From contig MEKT01000036.1 of the NCBI GenBank assembly GCA_001767435.1, forward strand, positions 11,391 through 75,390: a DNA stretch of 64,000 bases. The letters are read 5' to 3'. This document shows, in pieces, positions 62,656 through 64,000 of the stretch. A program made the position numbers and the translations under genes. Positions within the stretch are counted from its first letter, which is position 1; the number at the start of each line of letters is the position of its first letter. The notes under the pieces are model-generated. The model was not told where the DNA came from, did no database searches, and worked only from the letters and a program-made list of their open reading frames with translations. The stretch comes from Acidobacteria bacterium RIFCSPLOWO2_02_FULL_65_29 (lineage in GTDB: Bacteria > Acidobacteriota > Vicinamibacteria > Vicinamibacterales > CAVVIG01).

Positions 62656-62901
62656 TCACGAAGACACCCTCGGCGCGGGTTGACGATGGGCGGCTACGGT
62701 CTCGGCGCAGGCAGGCTCGGCTCCGCCCGTCTTCGGTGACAACGTTTCTCGCATGCGCGCCGCCGACACGACTCCGGACACAAACGTCAGCGCCGCGATG
62801 ACCCACATGGCGACGTCCAGCCCGAACGCGTCTGCCGTGATTCCCGCGAGCAGCGCGCCGATCGCGTACCCGGCCGTTGGCTGCGATGCAGACGGGCTCA
62901 T
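62656..62901 (-). pseudogene. probable C-terminal remnant of an MFS transporter
   Basis: The 81-aa ORF has GYAIGALLAGITADAFGLDVAMWVIAALTFVSGVVSAARMRET, which resembles the last two TM helices of MFS_1 proteins. There is no room upstream for the missing ~350 aa because the ArsR gene occupies that space. Confidence 0.35.
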
Positions 62902-63599
62902 GGTCGTCCACCAGCGTGACGTCCGGCCCCCGTCTCAACGCGCCATCCCTGGGCACGCCATTCAGGCACACCATGTTCCAGGCGGTGTGCGCGGAAGCCC
63001 TTCCGTCGCAGCAGATCGACCGCATCGAGCGCCATCACGCAGTACGGGCCACGGCAGTACGCGACAATGTCGCGGCGTCTCGGCAACTCGCCCGCGCGCG
63101 TGCTGAGCTCGGCGAGAGGCACTGAAATAGCGCCCGGGATGTGAGCCGCCCCGTACTCCTCGCGCGGACGAACATCGATGAGCGTGACCTCGCCGGCGCG
63201 GACACGGCGCACGAGCTCGTCGCTGCCGACCGCTTCCAGCGCACCACGCTGCTCCAGGTACTGGCGCGTCACCTGCTGGACCTCTGCCAGCCGGGACTCC
63301 GCCAGGCTTCGCAAGGAGAGGAAGAAGTCGCCCACGTGCGGGTCCGCCAGTCGATACGTCACATACAAGCCGGCCTTCTGGCCCTCGACCAGGCGCGCGC
63401 GTCGGAGCACTTGCAGATGGTGAGAGGTCGTGGCGACGCTCTGGCCCGTCTGGTGGGCCAGCGCTTCGACGGTCCGGGCTCCCTGAGACAGGAGGTCGAG
63501 GAGCTCGAGACGGCTGGGGCTCGCCGTAGCCTGGCCGATGCGGGCGATCTGCTCGTAGATCGCGGCTTTCAATGACGCTGGGCGTGTCATGACAGACAT
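62898..63599 (-). CDS. ArsR/SmtB-family winged-helix regulator fused to a rhodanese domain
   Basis: ASPSRLELLDLLSQGARTVEALAHQTGQSVATTSHHLQVLRRARLV (ArsR HTH), followed by LIDVRPREEYGAAHIPGAISVP...AYCRGPYC (rhodanese active-site loop). ATG 63599 or 63590; the track start is TTG 63605. Confidence 0.8.
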   Translation of the reverse strand: MSVMTRPASLKAAIYEQIARIGQATASPSRLELLDLLSQGARTVEALAHQTGQSVATTSHHLQVLRRARLVEGQKAGLYVTYRLADPHVGDFFLSLRSLAESRLAEVQQVTRQYLEQRGALEAVGSDELVRRVRAGEVTLIDVRPREEYGAAHIPGAISVPLAELSTRAGELPRRRDIVAYCRGPYCVMALDAVDLLRRKGFRAHRLEHGVPEWRAQGWRVETGAGRHAGGRP

Positions 63600-63609
63600 A
63601 CTCAAGTAA

Positions 63610-63625
63610 TCAAATTGATATTTGA
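63610..63625. promoter_or_regulatory. inverted repeat TCAAAT-TGAT-ATTTGA, candidate ArsR-type operator
   Basis: A perfect 6-4-6 palindrome in a sharply AT-rich island, between the -10 box and the start codon of the ArsR-rhodanese gene. Confidence 0.5.
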
Positions 63626-63654
63626 ATTATGCCAAACCGCCGGTACGGCGTCAA
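63626..63654 (-). promoter_or_regulatory. sigma70-type promoter TTGACG-N17-CATAAT for the ArsR-rhodanese gene
   Basis: On the minus strand, -35 is ttgacg (63654-63649), the spacer is 17 nt, and -10 is cataat (63631-63626). The operator lies immediately downstream. Confidence 0.55.
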
Positions 63655-63849
63655 ACCGGCGTCGGCGTTCCAGCCATCGTTGCCGCGACCGGCGCCACGC
63701 GCGCGCACCGGCCAGTAGCCCTCGGTCCTGAATCAGCTCCGAGCCGCCACGCGCGGTGACGACGTCCGTGAGCCGGCCTGCCTCGAACTCGGCGAGAACG
63801 TCGATCCCGCCTGATTTCTTGAAGCGACGATTCTCAGCCTCGAGCCGTA

Positions 63850-64000
63850 TCAGCGCTCCAGCGTGACGACGGGCTCCGGTCTTCCCTCCCACGTGAAGCG
63901 GTAGGTCTTCTCTCGCCGGACGTTCATGACGAGCGTCGGCCGGAAGCAGGCGAGGCAGGTGCCGCCCGCGTGGCGGACGCTTGGGTAGACCACACCGAGC
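63850..64000 (-). CDS. 3' end of an unidentified gene truncated by the window edge
   Basis: The frame read from 63999 gives ...GVVYPSVRHAGGTCLACFRPTLVMNVRREKTYRFTWEGRPEPVVTLER*, with high third-position GC. Stop at 63850-63852. It is absent from the ORF track because no start lies in the window. Confidence 0.3.
   Translation of the reverse strand, partial: LGVVYPSVRHAGGTCLACFRPTLVMNVRREKTYRFTWEGRPEPVVTLER

Noticed and set aside
62612-63025. N-terminal 138 aa of the 335-aa track ORF 62018-63025
   Set aside because: This part overlaps the ArsR-rhodanese gene and the MFS remnant in another frame and is Arg-rich. A lipoprotein signal peptide with an RBS begins at ATG 62611.
63602-63892. 96-aa minus-strand track ORF upstream of the ArsR-rhodanese gene
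   Set aside because: Its C-terminal third is Arg-rich (ARAWRRSRQRWLERRRRF). It would also be translated straight through the AT-rich promoter and operator of the next gene. Only its middle part looks coding; see the frame-hopping finding.
47795-64000. Calling the right-hand 16 kb a defined genomic island or mobile element
   Set aside because: I could find no integrase, transposase, tRNA target or flanking direct repeats. Only the compositional impression and the gene content support the idea, so it is reported as a hypothesis rather than a mobile_element feature.

Overview
High-GC bacterial chromosomal window, about 65-70% GC by eye. It is probably Acidobacteriota-like, judging from the N-terminus of the VWA protein and the overall gene content; this is an unverified inference. 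I call about 59 protein-coding genes. I found no rRNA, tRNA, CRISPR array, transposase or integrase. From 0 to 48 kb the content is mostly core. It includes a VapBC toxin-antitoxin pair, a c-type cytochrome, a PilZ protein, an amino-acid permease and an orphan ParA. It also includes a Tat-signal protein followed by three tandem secreted DUF4159-like paralogs, divergent glpF/glpK, a BCP-type peroxiredoxin and a bactofilin-like membrane protein pair. Further genes are an MFS transporter, an OM beta-barrel, a PLP dehydratase, alpha-glucan phosphorylase, PEBP, VOC, a PrcB-like plus VWA pair, an M24 peptidase, DegP, a MidA-like methyltransferase and a MurU/AmgK-like pair. The region also holds asnS, rimO and the conserved rimP-nusA-infB-rbfA-nrnA-truB-rpsO-pnp block. 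From 48 to 64 kb the content looks accessory and is visibly less GC-rich at third codon positions. On the plus strand it carries padR-tolC-RND-MFP. On the minus strand it carries a czcCBA-type heavy-metal efflux operon preceded by a small Cys/His-rich protein. Upstream of that is a sulfide-handling locus with an ArsR-rhodanese fusion, an MFS remnant, a lipoprotein, a frameshifted DsrE and SQR. The most unusual signals are not genes. (i) Many intergenic gaps hold AT-richer hairpins whose arms are tandem 7-8 nt words. Each locus uses its own word family, and neighbouring gaps often share a word, so that asnS, nusA and an OMP gene are bracketed. (ii) A separate GC-rich nested-hairpin REP-like family has five copies. 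(iii) The triplicated DUF4159-like operon. (iv) Gene-disrupting lesions cluster in the sulfide locus. All functional calls come from motif recognition by eye; no database search was run.
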